DNA of 64,000 nt from a virus. Made by a program: the position numbers and the translations under genes. Below the pieces are notes generated by a model, which was not told the DNA's origin, made no database searches, and saw nothing but the letters and a program-made list of their open reading frames with translations. The stretch lies in IMG/VR virus record IMGVR_UViG_3300024346_009227, positions 32,001 to 96,000 of that record, one strand, 5' to 3'. This document shows, one piece after another, positions 28,715 through 41,800 of this stretch (positions are counted from its first letter, which is position 1; each line of letters opens with the position of its first letter).

Positions 28715-29866
28715 TTAATCCTCAAAGCCATGTGTATATAACTGCATGGTTTCATTAAATGGTTGATTTACTTCTGGAATAACTAACTCTATTGAATCAA
28801 AACAAACATCATTTGCATATATATTAAAATCAATACTATTAGTTATGGCAGAAGAAGCACCATAAGCTATTAAAGGCATATAATTCCAAGTTGCTTCAAC
28901 ATCTCTTTGTATAAACATCTCCATAGATGAACCATCTGGTATTGCATTGAATGTAGTTCCAAGACCAATTATAGTAATACTTAATGATTCATTAATAGAT
29001 GCATACTGATTGCTCAAATAAAGATTTAAACTTTCAAAGTGTGATGGGTTTATTATATCTCCAGATATATATGTATAAACAAACCCTGTTGTTAGTGCAG
29101 TATCATCTACCATCAAAAACAATTCTAAATTATTTTCAAAAAATGATTTTATATAAAGCTCTACACTATTTATTTGTTGGTCTATTGTTGATGAACGAAT
29201 ATTGAAATCAATAGATCCATCTGCATCAGTATATAAATACAAATTTTTTATGAATAAATCGGCTGATGATTCTACAAATGCTTTTAAATAAAGTTCTTTA
29301 TTGTCTTGATGTTCATTCCAATATTTTATAAATAAATTAATTGAATTTTGTGGAAATGATTTTAAATATAAATTTGTTTGTTCTTGCGTGTTGGCTTCTA
29401 AATACAAAGCTCTTGCACCAAAAAACATAGCTGTTGATTTTATATATAAAGAAACATTGTTGTCAAAATTTGATTTTAAAAATAAATTCCTAAAATTAAA
29501 AAATGTTGATGGTGAAGGAGTGGGTGCAGGAGTTGTTGTGGTAGTGGTAGTTGTAGTGGTAGTTGAGGGTTGTGGGGTTGTTGGTTCGCCTGTTGTAGTA
29601 GTAGTTGTTTCTAATGTGATCGTTGGTGCTGGTGCTGAACCTAAAAATGGTAACCATCCTGATAGTGGCACATTTAATGGGTCATCTGAGGTGTTATAGT
29701 AATAAACATCTGAATACTGTTGAATAACCCATTGAGATACTATAATGTCATAAAACAACACATAGCTTGTATCTAAAGAGTTTCTATATGTAACAACATT
29801 GTAGTATTCAAATGTTCCATTAAAATTACCTCCGCTACCAGCACCAGATATAATATAATTTGCCAT
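28715..29866 (-). CDS. Putative tail protein with a Thr-rich linker and L[YF][IL]K repeats
   Basis: First gene after the TMP. Poly-T/TP linker followed by about a dozen xL[YF][IL]K-like units. Confidence 0.65.
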   Translation of the reverse strand: MANYIISGAGSGGNFNGTFEYYNVVTYRNSLDTSYVLFYDIIVSQWVIQQYSDVYYYNTSDDPLNVPLSGWLPFLGSAPAPTITLETTTTTTGEPTTPQPSTTTTTTTTTTTPAPTPSPSTFFNFRNLFLKSNFDNNVSLYIKSTAMFFGARALYLEANTQEQTNLYLKSFPQNSINLFIKYWNEHQDNKELYLKAFVESSADLFIKNLYLYTDADGSIDFNIRSSTIDQQINSVELYIKSFFENNLELFLMVDDTALTTGFVYTYISGDIINPSHFESLNLYLSNQYASINESLSITIIGLGTTFNAIPDGSSMEMFIQRDVEATWNYMPLIAYGASSAITNSIDFNIYANDVCFDSIELVIPEVNQPFNETMQLYTHGFED

Positions 29867-29877
29867 AATTTACCTTA

Positions 29878-32800
29878 CTATGAATTCATTTCATTTTTAA
29901 GTTGTTTACCTATCTGTGTAACTATCCATCCTTTTAGTTCTTCTGTCGCTTGTGTTACCGCTGTATATACACCTTCTGGATTAAAGTCAATATTTAAAGA
30001 AGCATTCAAATTGCCCATTACTTCTATATTTATTATTGATGGTATTTTATTAACTTGTGTTTGTAATGCTTCAGCATAAGCTTTAAATGTATCTATTTGT
30101 TCGCCAAAAGGCTTAAGGAATGTAGTTCCTAGTTTGTTTATTGCATCAGCTAATTGTGTAACGGAAGTCATATCTATTGCTGGAGTTGCGTTTTCTTGCT
30201 GATTTGGAACAAATGCCCCTCTTCTAGCATACATAACTCCACCATTAGACATATAACTAGTATTTCCATTTATATGTTTTAATAAATTTAAATTTTTAGA
30301 TGTTGATTCTCTATTTACCACAAACTCTCCTGGTGTGAGCATGGCAGGAACAGTGTCTGTACCTCTTGGTGTGAATCCACCATCTGCAAAATAGTTTACC
30401 AGACCACCAGAATTATAACCTTTTCTTTTTGACATTTTGTTGGCAGAATCAGCAAAACTTCCAACTCCAGCATTAAATCTAGACGAAGAAGCTAATATGT
30501 TTTGTGATCCTTCCTTATTAGCATTTGCCCCACTCTTAAATGAATCGCCACTTTGAACAAATTTGTTTCCAACTCCAGATAATTTTCCAGTTAATTCATT
30601 TATTCCAGATTCTATTGGATCTACTTTCTTGCCACGAATATTTCCAACACTACCACCAGTTCTAAACCCAGTAACTTCTTTGCCACTATTGATTGCATGT
30701 AACAGAGAATAATTTTTAGATGAAGCTTGTTTATTTACTACAAACTCACCTGGAGTCAACATAGCTGGAATAGTATCTACATTGCCACCAGTACTATATG
30801 AACCTAGATCCATTCCAAGAAAACTTAATTTTTGTCTTTGTGGTTGTTGTGGTTGTTCCTGTCTCTTTTTGGCAAATGCTGCCATTTGACGATAACCACT
30901 AGGCATTTGTTCTTGTGGTTGTTGTTGCATCTGTTGCTGTGGAGCTTGATTAAAGAAGCTTTCTGCATAATTACTTGATTGAAATGCTGGTTGAGCAACT
31001 TGAAGGTTTTGTGGTCGTTGTTGTGCCTGTTGTTGTGGCAACTTTCCTGCAAAATTACTTGGTCTTGGACCTGATTGTAATGCTGCTAATGCTGCTTGTT
31101 GTTTTTGTTGTTGTGATTGTTGCTGAGGATTCTGATTAACTTGAAGTTGTGATCTAAATCTATTCGCTCTTTGTCGTTCTATAGCATTTCTTGCTAGTGT
31201 TGATCTTTGTTGTCTAGCCCAATCATCTTGAAGTTCTCTTTGTTTTTTTTCTTCCGCTTCTTTTTTAAGTTTCGCCCTTAAATATTCATCTGTTGCAAAT
31301 GGGTTTGCTGGTGATAATGTTGTAAGTCCATTTTCCGCATAAATCAAACCACCTAAACTTGCATATGTACTACCAGATTCTTCTTCTTGTTGTTTTTTTT
31401 GTTCTTCTAGATATTCTTTGATTTGTTTTTTAAATTCATCAGAATTACTTTGTATTCCTGATTCATTTGCTTTTGCTGTTTTTAATGCGTTTACTTCTGC
31501 ACCAGTAGCAGAAATATTTCCAAAGGGATTGTTGCCACCACGCATTCTAGACTGAACATCTCCAAGCATACCCATTGCTGCTGATGTTACGCCTTCGCCA
31601 CCAGGCTTAGTTGGATCTTGAAAAGATAGTGCTTGTTGAGCAGAAACGCCACCAGACCCAGTAGAAAATCCAGCTTGCGTATTATCAAAAAGACTACCAG
31701 TTCCATCATTAAATCTAGTGTTAGAAAACATTTGGAATGCATTGTTTTCAGCTTGATTTTTTGCTGCTATTCTATTAGTTATGTCTGAAGTAGTAGCTTT
31801 TCCAATATTGTCAATATATCCTTCTTGATCAACAGTAAGAGATGTTTCTTCTTCACTGCCACTATAAGAACCTAAATTTGCTCTTCTTTTTAAGTATCCG
31901 CCATCATATAAATAACTTACTAATCCACCGCTTGCATATCCAAGTAATTTTTCCGTATTTGACTTAAAAAGATCTACGCCTTTATGCTGTACTTTTTCTT
32001 GAAGATAGTCTTTTCCAACATGTTTTGCTCCATGTAGAGCAGTCTCAAGTGATGGCTTCATTGCAAATTTTGAAATCGCAGATATCCCTGCTTTTGCAAG
32101 TCCAGTCATCCCCATAGCATTAAAGACCATATCTGTTGCAGCATTATTGCTGTTGTCTTCATTTTGTAAAAATTGATTCTGTCTACGAGAGAAAGTTTGA
32201 GTTGCCCTATTAGAAGTAGATTCTAAATCATCTTTCCTATCTTGCATGTAAGTATATTTATCTTTATTTTTATCATCAACTAAATATCTCGAATCTTCTT
32301 CGTATTTTTTTTGTCTATTCATTTTTTCATAAAATGCTTTTTTTCTTGCTTGTCCACCATCTTCTAAATAAACTATTCCACCAGTAGCTGAATATCCAAC
32401 ATCTTTACCACTATTTATTGCACTTAATAAGTCACCATGTTTAGCAGTAGCAGAGGCATTTATTACAAACTCACCTGGCGTAAGCATAGCTGGTACTGTA
32501 TCTGTACCTTTAGGCTTAAAGAACGAAGGATCAGGATTAGGACTATGGCTAGGAACACCACCAGATGAAAGATAGCTTACCATTCCACCAGATGACATTT
32601 TTCTAGCTTGTCTTTGTCGTTCTATTTGTGCTGCTGCTTCTTCTCTAGTTATTTCACCCCTATTTAATCGACTTTCAACACTTAGTTCTCCATATTGTCC
32701 TTCAAATAATTGTTGCTCTTTGGTTGCTCTAGGAAGTCTAGCTGCAAGAGCACTCTGTTCTTTTTGTTCTTTTATAATTGCAGCTTGAAATTCATTTGGT

Positions 32801-35800
32801 TCACCTTTAACCACATTTTTATTTTCTTCTGGTGCGATAGCTTTTGTTTCACCTTTCATTTGCTTCAATCTATTTTTCATTGCCTCTCTAGTTTTAGCAT
32901 TTTCAATATTTGCAACATCTAAATTTCTTTTATAATCAATTTTTCTTTGTTTTTTACCATCAACATCTTCTTCTACAACTACTGCTTTTGATGAAATAGT
33001 TGCATATCCTGGAGAATTACTAACAAGATTTAAAAAATCTTCTGTCGTAAAAAGACCTGGACCGTCTGCTGGAAATGTAAAAGAGCTATTAGGACTTCCT
33101 AATGTTGGTCTATCTCCAGCTAATTGTTTTAATCCATCATTTGTATATGCTTGGTCTGCAAGTTCATTTCCATTAATGCTTGGAGCTACCGCAGCAAATT
33201 TTGCTAATGCAGCCATAGGATTTGAAAATGCAGTAGTAATTACATCAGTAGCTGCACTAAGTGTAGAAGAAAGACTTTTATAAGGAGCAGCTATTCTCAA
33301 TGCGGTATTTTTGGCAGACATAGAAACTTGACCTTTTCCAGTTGCTGCCTTTATAGTTGCATAAGCACCATCTTCACCTTCTGCAAAATCAATTCCAGAG
33401 AATGGTCTAACAATTTTTTGTGCTTTTCCTTCTTGTTTTTCGGAAAGCTTATCTAATAGATTAAAGTCTTTATTTCTTCCAATAGCACCTTCTAAGCTCT
33501 TTCTGCTTATACCACCAACATTTGCTGCTGCTGCATTAAGAACGCTCAACGCATTTATTTTTCCTTCTTCTATCGCCCTTACAACTAAAGGTATAGCATC
33601 TGGTCCAGCTTGTTTTACTTTTGCATCAACAAAACCCTTAGTGTCTTTTATGTTTGAGTATTGATCAATAAAGTCAAGAAGACCCTTACCACTTATTGCT
33701 AAAGATCTTGTGCTTGCCTGTTGTTTAAAGAAAGAACCAACAATTTCTTTTTGGAATGGAAGTATAAGTTTAGGATTATCAAAGTCTTCTTTTGCCAAAC
33801 TTCCTTTTTGTCCACTGTATAAATTATTGTATTCTTTTAAGCCTAAAGGTATTAATTGATTTGGATCTTTACCAATTTCAGCAAATTCTTTTTTGTTTAA
33901 TTCTTCGCCTTGATTTTTAGCAAAAATACCTTTTAGCTTTACCATTTTGCCAAGTATAGCACTAGCTTGCACTTCTCTTCTTAAACCTATTTGTGCTAAT
34001 CTTCCTGCATCGCCCTGTCTCTTTAAGAAAAGCTCGTCTTCTTTTCCCATATCTGTAGCGACAAACTTCTCTCCAGTTCCTTCTTTTATTTGAGTAAGAT
34101 AAGCCTTAGAGTCAACATAGCTCTTATCTATTTCTGGTCTATTTTGACCATAAGCATTTCTTAACTTTTCATTAGATGTTAATCCAATTTGGTTATAGCT
34201 TGTTCTTCTTAGCTTTAATATTTCTAATTCTGCTTTTTTCTTAGATTCTAATTCTTTATTCCCTCTTGCTGCAAGAACCTCATTCTCTGCCATTCTTATC
34301 TGCGTATCTATGGGCGTTGTGCCTTCTTCGTTTGCAATGTTGGCAACTATATTTTCTTGTTTCTTTTCTGAAACAATGTCTTTCTTTTGTGCTTTTAAAT
34401 TTGCTATTGTTGCAATATATTGTGGTATTTTAGCATCTATATCAGCATCTATACCTTTATTAGATTCAGCACCAATATTTTTAAAGTAATCTGGATTTAT
34501 TTGAAATTGATCTAAACTTTCTATTTTTTCTGGTATGTTATATTTTTTATTCCAATCAATTATTTTCTTTTCTTTTAAATAATTTTCTATTAATTCTTTT
34601 CTTGTTGGTATTTTCTTTTTTGATTCTTCTTCTAAAAGATTTACATCGGTGTCGGTATGTTTATCCCCATAATTCTTAATGCCTTTCCATTTTTCTCCAC
34701 CGCTTTTCCAAGCAAGAGCTTTTTGTTTTTCTGGACCATTCCAAAAATAAGTATCATAAAAATCACCTTGTGATCCACTAAAAGCATTTGATTTTTGTGC
34801 ATCTCCATTGTGAAAAGTTGTAAATAAACCGCCCCTTACATTTTTTGAAAGCTTTGGATAATCATCTTCCTTAATTGAATTTGTAGTTAAATCAGAAAAG
34901 TGATCTATAAAAGTTCCAGTAATCCTAGCATCTTTATATGCTCGATGTCCTCTTAGATAATTATCTAAATCAAATACTCTTGCAACCTTTCTTTGTAATG
35001 GTCTAATAAGGCCAAATGCAGAAGTAACTTGTTGAAGTCCAGCACCAATCGTTCTACGCCATGTTGTATCAGATGTAGCATCATTATCAAATTTTGCTTT
35101 TGTATGATCATCAACTGCATCTGGCCCATAATTTAACATTAAAGGTATAAGTTTTTCTTTAACTTTTTTTGCTTTATCTTTTTCTAAGTTTTCTGTAGAT
35201 AAGCCTCCTTTATCACTAATTTCTTTTTTAATGCTTTCATATTCTTTGTTAAGTGTTGTTTTTGCTTCTTGTGACGAACCTTCTTTTATTTGAATTTGTT
35301 TAAAGTTTGAAAAAATATTTCCAAAATCTTGAAGTGCTTCAAATCCACCATTTTCTTCAATTGTTTTTTTAACATTAGGATTTTGAGAAAGTTGTCCACT
35401 AGATAAAGACGAAATAACTTCAGATAATATAGACAGAGATGTTTTTTCTCTATCTTCTGGTTTTACTATTGCAGAAGGAACATTGCTTAATGATGATTTT
35501 ACAAGTGAGTCGTATTTTCCTTTTATGTTGCTTTTAATTGCTGCTGTTTTTTGTTCATTCGTTGGTCCTACTTGATTCCATATATTCATCACTTCTTCTG
35601 ATGCTTTTATTCTTTTATCTAATACTTCTCCACCTTCTGCTAAATATGATGTTTTTCCACTATTGATAGACTTTAACAAAGGCAAGTTTTGTTGTGCTGC
35701 ACTTCTATTTACTACAAATTCTCCTGGTGTTAGCATTGCTGGAACAGTATCAGTTCCTCTTGGAGAAAATGCTTGACCGCCAATTGCAAATCCAATTGCT

Positions 35801-38800
35801 TGTGCAGGATTAACATTGGCGTTAACTGGAGCAATACCTTGTTGTTGTGCTGCTAATCCACTAATAGATGCAGACAATCTATTAATATTAGCTGTAGCAG
35901 CATCTGCTGCTGCTGTAAGTTTTACTCCAATTCCTTGATTTAATTCACTAACTGCTGTAAGACTAGATTCAAATTTTTCTGCATTTATTCCTTGGTCCTC
36001 TGCTTTATTTGCAATTTTAACCCCAAGAGAATTTGATCCTCCAAGTTCTTGTTCGGATTTACTTACTTTTTCTCTTGCATCTTTATTTGTTTGTTGCGTA
36101 ACATTTTGTACGGCTTTTGTTATTGCATCTTGTATATTTCCACCTTCTGAAACTGTAGCTATTGCTTCTGATTGAACAGATTTGCTTTCTTTTCCTGATA
36201 ATCCTATTTTTGATAATATTTCATTTAATGTATCTGATTTTGCAGCAATTTCTTTTGCTGCTTCTGGACCTTGTTTATTAGAAAATGAACTTCCTATTGA
36301 TTTTTTAAATTCATCACCCCTTAAAGATTCTCCAACATTTGAATATTTTTTATCTGCTTCTTTTTTTTCTTCTCTTGCTTTTATTAAACTTGATATTTTT
36401 CCTTTGTTTGCTGTAACATCTTTTAGGTTTTCATCAGTTACTCCAGCTTCTCTAAGAAAACCACTTTTTTCTTGAACATCTTTTATTCTTGCAGACTTTT
36501 GAACTTCCCTATTTTTTTCATCTTGAACTTGACTCTTTTCCATGCCAGCAATAAATTTATCTAGGTTTGAATAAAATGTAGTGTTCTGTTTTGTCAACTG
36601 AGAAAAATAATCAGTCTGTAAACTTCTTTGATTTCCAATTAACTCTTGATTTGCTTTTACTTGTTCGTCATATACTTTAGCTAATTTTCCAACCAACATA
36701 TCTTCTTCTGGTTTCTTTTTTCCTAAACCAGTAGTATTACGCACAATATTGTCCGCAATATCTTTTCCAACTGGACCAAAACTATCTAAAAATGCAAAAA
36801 GTGCCTTGTTTTGTTCAGAACTAAAATTACTTACATTTCCACCTTGAGCTTGTGCTTGTTTAAGTAATCCTTGTCCTTGAACTCTATCTCTTAATATTTT
36901 TTGTCTTTCTTTTGGATCTGCCGTTAAAAACTCTCTTCCTCTTTGAGTTTCATTATCTCTTTCTTGTCTTACTTGACCAAGCTTGCCTTCCAAAATAGCA
37001 AGATTGTTTGATTGATCTGCCAAGTTCTTTAATGACTCTTGCAAATTTGAAGCTTCTGATTTTAATTTAACTAACTCAGATGCTGCACCTCTAAATGCAG
37101 CCCCACCACCTTCTGCACCAGAAGCATTCTGTACTTTTGGTTCTAACTCCCTAATTCTTTCTTGTGTTCTTTTTAGATTATCTCCGATTACTCTAGAGTC
37201 CTGTGCTTCTGCTCCTTTAGTTCCAGTAAGCCTTTCTTGATTTGTTCTAAAGCCCTGCATTTGTCTATCTACTGAAATCAAGTTCCCTGCTTGTGATGGC
37301 AAACCAGCATTTGTAGCAACAGTCTCTGCTGTAAACTTATCTCTCTGTAGTTTTGCACCTTCTAAGTTTTTAAAAGATTCGCCAATTTGTTTTTGTCTTT
37401 GAGCTAAATTTTCTAAACCACTAATATATTGATTACTTGCATTTTCTAATCTTTGACTTATATCTTTAGCTGCATTTAAAAATGGGTCTTTTATATTACC
37501 AAGTAGTTTTTCTGCAACCTTAGATACATCGCCACCAGCTTCAGCAAGCAGCTTCGTGTATTCTTGTCCAGATACATTTCCAGCAACAGAACTAACAACT
37601 CTTTCTGCTCCAGCCCCACTAATACCTTGAGCACTTAAAGCTTCTCTTAAACCAGAGGCTATTTGTATGGCTATGTCCTGACCACCAACAGGATCTTCTA
37701 TTGCACCAGCAAGTAATGACGGCAATGCTTGTGAGGCTGCATTAATTGCATTTCCTTGAGTCTTAAATTCATTGCCATAAGTTCCAAGTGAATCAGAAAG
37801 TTTAGAAACGGCAGAATTAAAAGAATTAAAGTCTGGAGTTGATTTTTGATCAAACTGATTAGAAATTCCAGTTACTTTTGTTGATCCAATACCGCCACTA
37901 AAAAATGACTCATTTGTGCTTAACCTATTAGAGAAACTTTCTACCGAATTAGCAGCAGCAACAACTGCTTCTGATAATAATGCCATAGAATTTATAGATC
38001 TTTGATTTACAGTTACTGCTTCTTTTTGAGTTTTTTCTAATTGTGCAGCTTTAAAAGAATCTTTCATTACTTTTACAATTTCTTTTTTAACATCATCAAA
38101 GCTTACATTTCTTGCATTAGCAATTTTTTGTATTTGTGCATTATTAAATCCACCACCGCCACTAGTTAATTTGGTATCTAATGATGCTGCAAAATCTTTA
38201 TAGTCTAATGTTCCAGCATTTCCACCAGCCTGTCTTACTGCACTAGAACCAAGTTGTTCGGCTTGTTTATTTAAAATATTCGTAAGTGGAACTATTTGTG
38301 CAGCACCAGCTTCTTTTTGACTTTTTGAATTTAATTCGTTGAATTTTTTAACATCAAATCCACCAAAACCGCCACCAGTAATTCCAGATATTAGTCTGTC
38401 AAAACCATTTTTCTCTCCACCAGCTTCAACGAATGCTTTTCCAGCGTTTGCTTCAGTAATAATTTTTTGATTTGCTGCAATTGATTCGGCAATAGTATCA
38501 TCAAAAGTTCTTAACCCAGTATTTAATTTATCAAATGTTCCTTGCAATCCTGTTAGTGCAGCACCTAACTTTACTTCTCTTATTTGTGCCTCTGCTTCTT
38601 TAGTGCCATCAGCATAACCTTTTATTAATCCAACAAATGCACCTAAAGCACCGCCTACAAGAGTACCTACTGGCCCAAGTGCCGAAAAAGCGGTAGCAGT
38701 AGTAGCAGCATATGTTCCAGCTTTTTCAATAGCACCAGCAAATTGAAGTGTGGACCTATAAGCTTCTTGCTGTGCTTTATCTTCAACAACTACTCCTTGT

Positions 38801-41800
38801 TCATTTGCTTTTGCAAGAGAAGAAACTTCTGGTGCTCCTGCTCTCATTCCAGAAGCAAGTAAAGATCCACCAACAGCAGCAGTTGTTATTCTATTGGCGT
38901 AACCAGATGCTCTATCTTGTTTAAACTGTCTTTCTCCCTCTGCACCAGCTTCAAAATCAGTTCGTTTTGAACCTACAAGTCTTTGCCCAAAATCTTTTAC
39001 CTTACCTTGGAATGTTAAATCGCCACTTTCTTTATAATCTCCACCTTTAATTAATTTTGATCCTAAAGACTTATCTCCTGTTAGTTCTCCTTGTTTATTA
39101 AAAACTGCCCCTCTTTTTCCTTGAGCAAACTGCTTAGTGTATTGATCAGTCATAGACTGGATTTGCAATTCGCTAACAGGTTTTACTTCTTTTTGTGCTT
39201 TTGCTCTAAGTTGTTTTTCTGTTGCTGCTCTATATTCATTAACTATTCCACTTCTTATATCTTCTCTTTCGCTTTTTCTAGGGGCTTTACCATCATTTTG
39301 TTTAGCGTATTCTTTTTCTCTTTGTTTTGAAATTTGTTTTATTGAATCAGGTGTAGTTATTGGCTTTGTTTGTCCAATTGGCCTTCCTTTTTCATTTACA
39401 ATCTCACCCTTTGCATTTACTTGGAATGATCTAGTGGCTTTTTCTCCTGATGCTTTTGCTGCTGCTTTTGCCGTTTCGGCTTTTTGTATATTTGCTTCTG
39501 CATCTTTTATAGATTGTTCTGTTTTTAAAATTTCATTTTGAACATTTAATTGTTTAGTTCCAACAGCAGTAATGCTATTTTCTATTGCCACTCTATTTTG
39601 AGCATTTGTATTTCTATCATTAAGAAGTTTTTGATAATCTTGATTTAACTTTAAAATTTGTGCATCTTCTTTTGATGTGTCTACTGCCGTTCTTGCCTTA
39701 GTATCTCTTGCGTTTGTTGCTGTAGTCAAAGCACTTTCAGCTTTTGTTATTTTTGCATCTATTGCTTTTGATTTTAATGGTTTTTCAGCTTCCAATTTTT
39801 CTGCTTTCGCCTTATCGATTTCTTCCTGTTCTTTTTTTGTGTTAGGAACTTTGTTGTCTCTTGCAGTAGTAGCTTGCGTAAGAGCATCTTCTGCTCTCAT
39901 TATTTTTGTGTCTATGTTTTTTGTTTTTAATGGCTTACTAGCTTTTGCTAATTCGTCTTTTGCTTTATCAATTTCTTCTTGTTCTTTTTTTGTGTTAGGT
40001 CCAGCAGCAGTTTTATCTGCCATCTGTTTTGTCAATACATCTCTTTGTCTTTTTGCTTCTGCTATTTGTGCATTCACAACTCTAACTGATTCACCAGCAT
40101 CTAATTTAGATTTTTTTCTTGCTTCTAGAACAGAAATTCTTCCGGTAATATTTCCAACTTTTGCAGTTTCACTTTTTAAGTTTACTGGCTGTTGAGATTT
40201 TAATCTTTTTGCTTCTTCTGCTTCTGCAAGTCTTTGACTCGCTGCATCAATTTTTGCTTGCTTCGCTTCTTGCATGTCCTTCTTTTTTTGCTTTAAATCA
40301 TCGACTTTTTGTTTTGTCGAAACAACTCTTTTATTTTCTTGAGTTAAATCTACTGGTTGAGCTTCTTTTGTGATTTTTGCTTGTTCTGCTGCTGCAATTC
40401 TTTGATCTGCTGCATCTATTTTTGCTTGTCTAGCCTCTTCCATGTCTTTCTTTTTATCTTTTAATTCATTTACTTTTGTTTGTGCAGATCCAACCCTTGT
40501 ATTTTCTTTAGTTAAATCTTGTCCTGCTGCTGCTTTTGCATCTCTAGCAGCTACTATTGCTGTACCCTTTGCCCTTAATTCTAATTCAGCAGTATATGAA
40601 GCATCTGCTGCATCTGTATTCTTCTGAAGTGCTTCCGCTAAACTAGTTGCTTCTTTACCTAAAGTAGATAGTGTTTTACCAAAACCCTTTAGTTCTGTAT
40701 TAAAAACACCAATATTTGATTTTTCTGCCGATATGTCTTGATCTGCTCTAGCAACATTTCCAATTGCTTGATTTGATGTTTGATTTTGAACTTTTATTTC
40801 ACTTACAATTCTTGTGGCTTCTGCTTTTGCATCTTTTTTTGATATTTCTGGATCTGACTCCATTATTTGATCAACTAATGTTAAAAGTATTTTCTTTAAA
40901 TTGTTTGGGCTATTTAAAAATGTATCACTAACTATACTATTACCAACTTCACCACCTTTTTTAAATTTTGCAAAACTATTCATTTGATGAAGTTTATTAG
41001 CACCAATTTTCTTTGCTTCGCTAGGGCTATATACATATTCACCTGGCGTGAGTAATGCAGGAACTTTACCACCAGATGCAAATTTGTGAGCATTAGCTAA
41101 ATTATCAATGCCTATGCTATTAACTGAAGACTTTTTAATTACAAAAGAACCTTCGTCTAAATCCATTGGAACTGTGTCAGAATTGCCAGTTCCTGGTACT
41201 AATCCACCAGAAGCAAAACCCCTAGCTTTTTTTCTTTCTTCCATCATTTCTTTTGTGATTGCTACTGATTTTCCTAAAGTTGGATCTAATGCTAATGCAG
41301 GAAGTGGCTTGTATATATCTTCACTATATTTTTTAGATTCTTTGGTCTTTTTAGATGGTTTCCTTACCATTATTGGTGGGGCATCTCCTTTGCCTATGCT
41401 TTTACTAAATTTTCTTTCACGACTACGAGATTCCCTATTTGTCTCTTCTATTGATGCCTTTTTTATACCAAAAATATCATTTCTTTTTTGTTCGAGATAT
41501 TCGCCCCAAGATCTTTCTGGTGCAATTCTCCGAATATTTGTATTTATTGGTGTGATACCATCATTCATTAAAGACAATTTTCTTAGTGCTTCCTCTTTAT
41601 CTCTAGCGGGAATACTTCCTTTTTTACCCTGTTCGTCTTGATAAGAAAATCTAGCCAAACCTTTATTTTTTTCATCTTCTGATTTTCTTGATTTTTCATA
41701 CATCATACCGCCAACTGCTCCAGCACCAAATCCTAAAGTGCCACCAATAAATGCCCCCGGAATACCACCAAGAAGAGCACCACCAACAGCACCAGTAATA

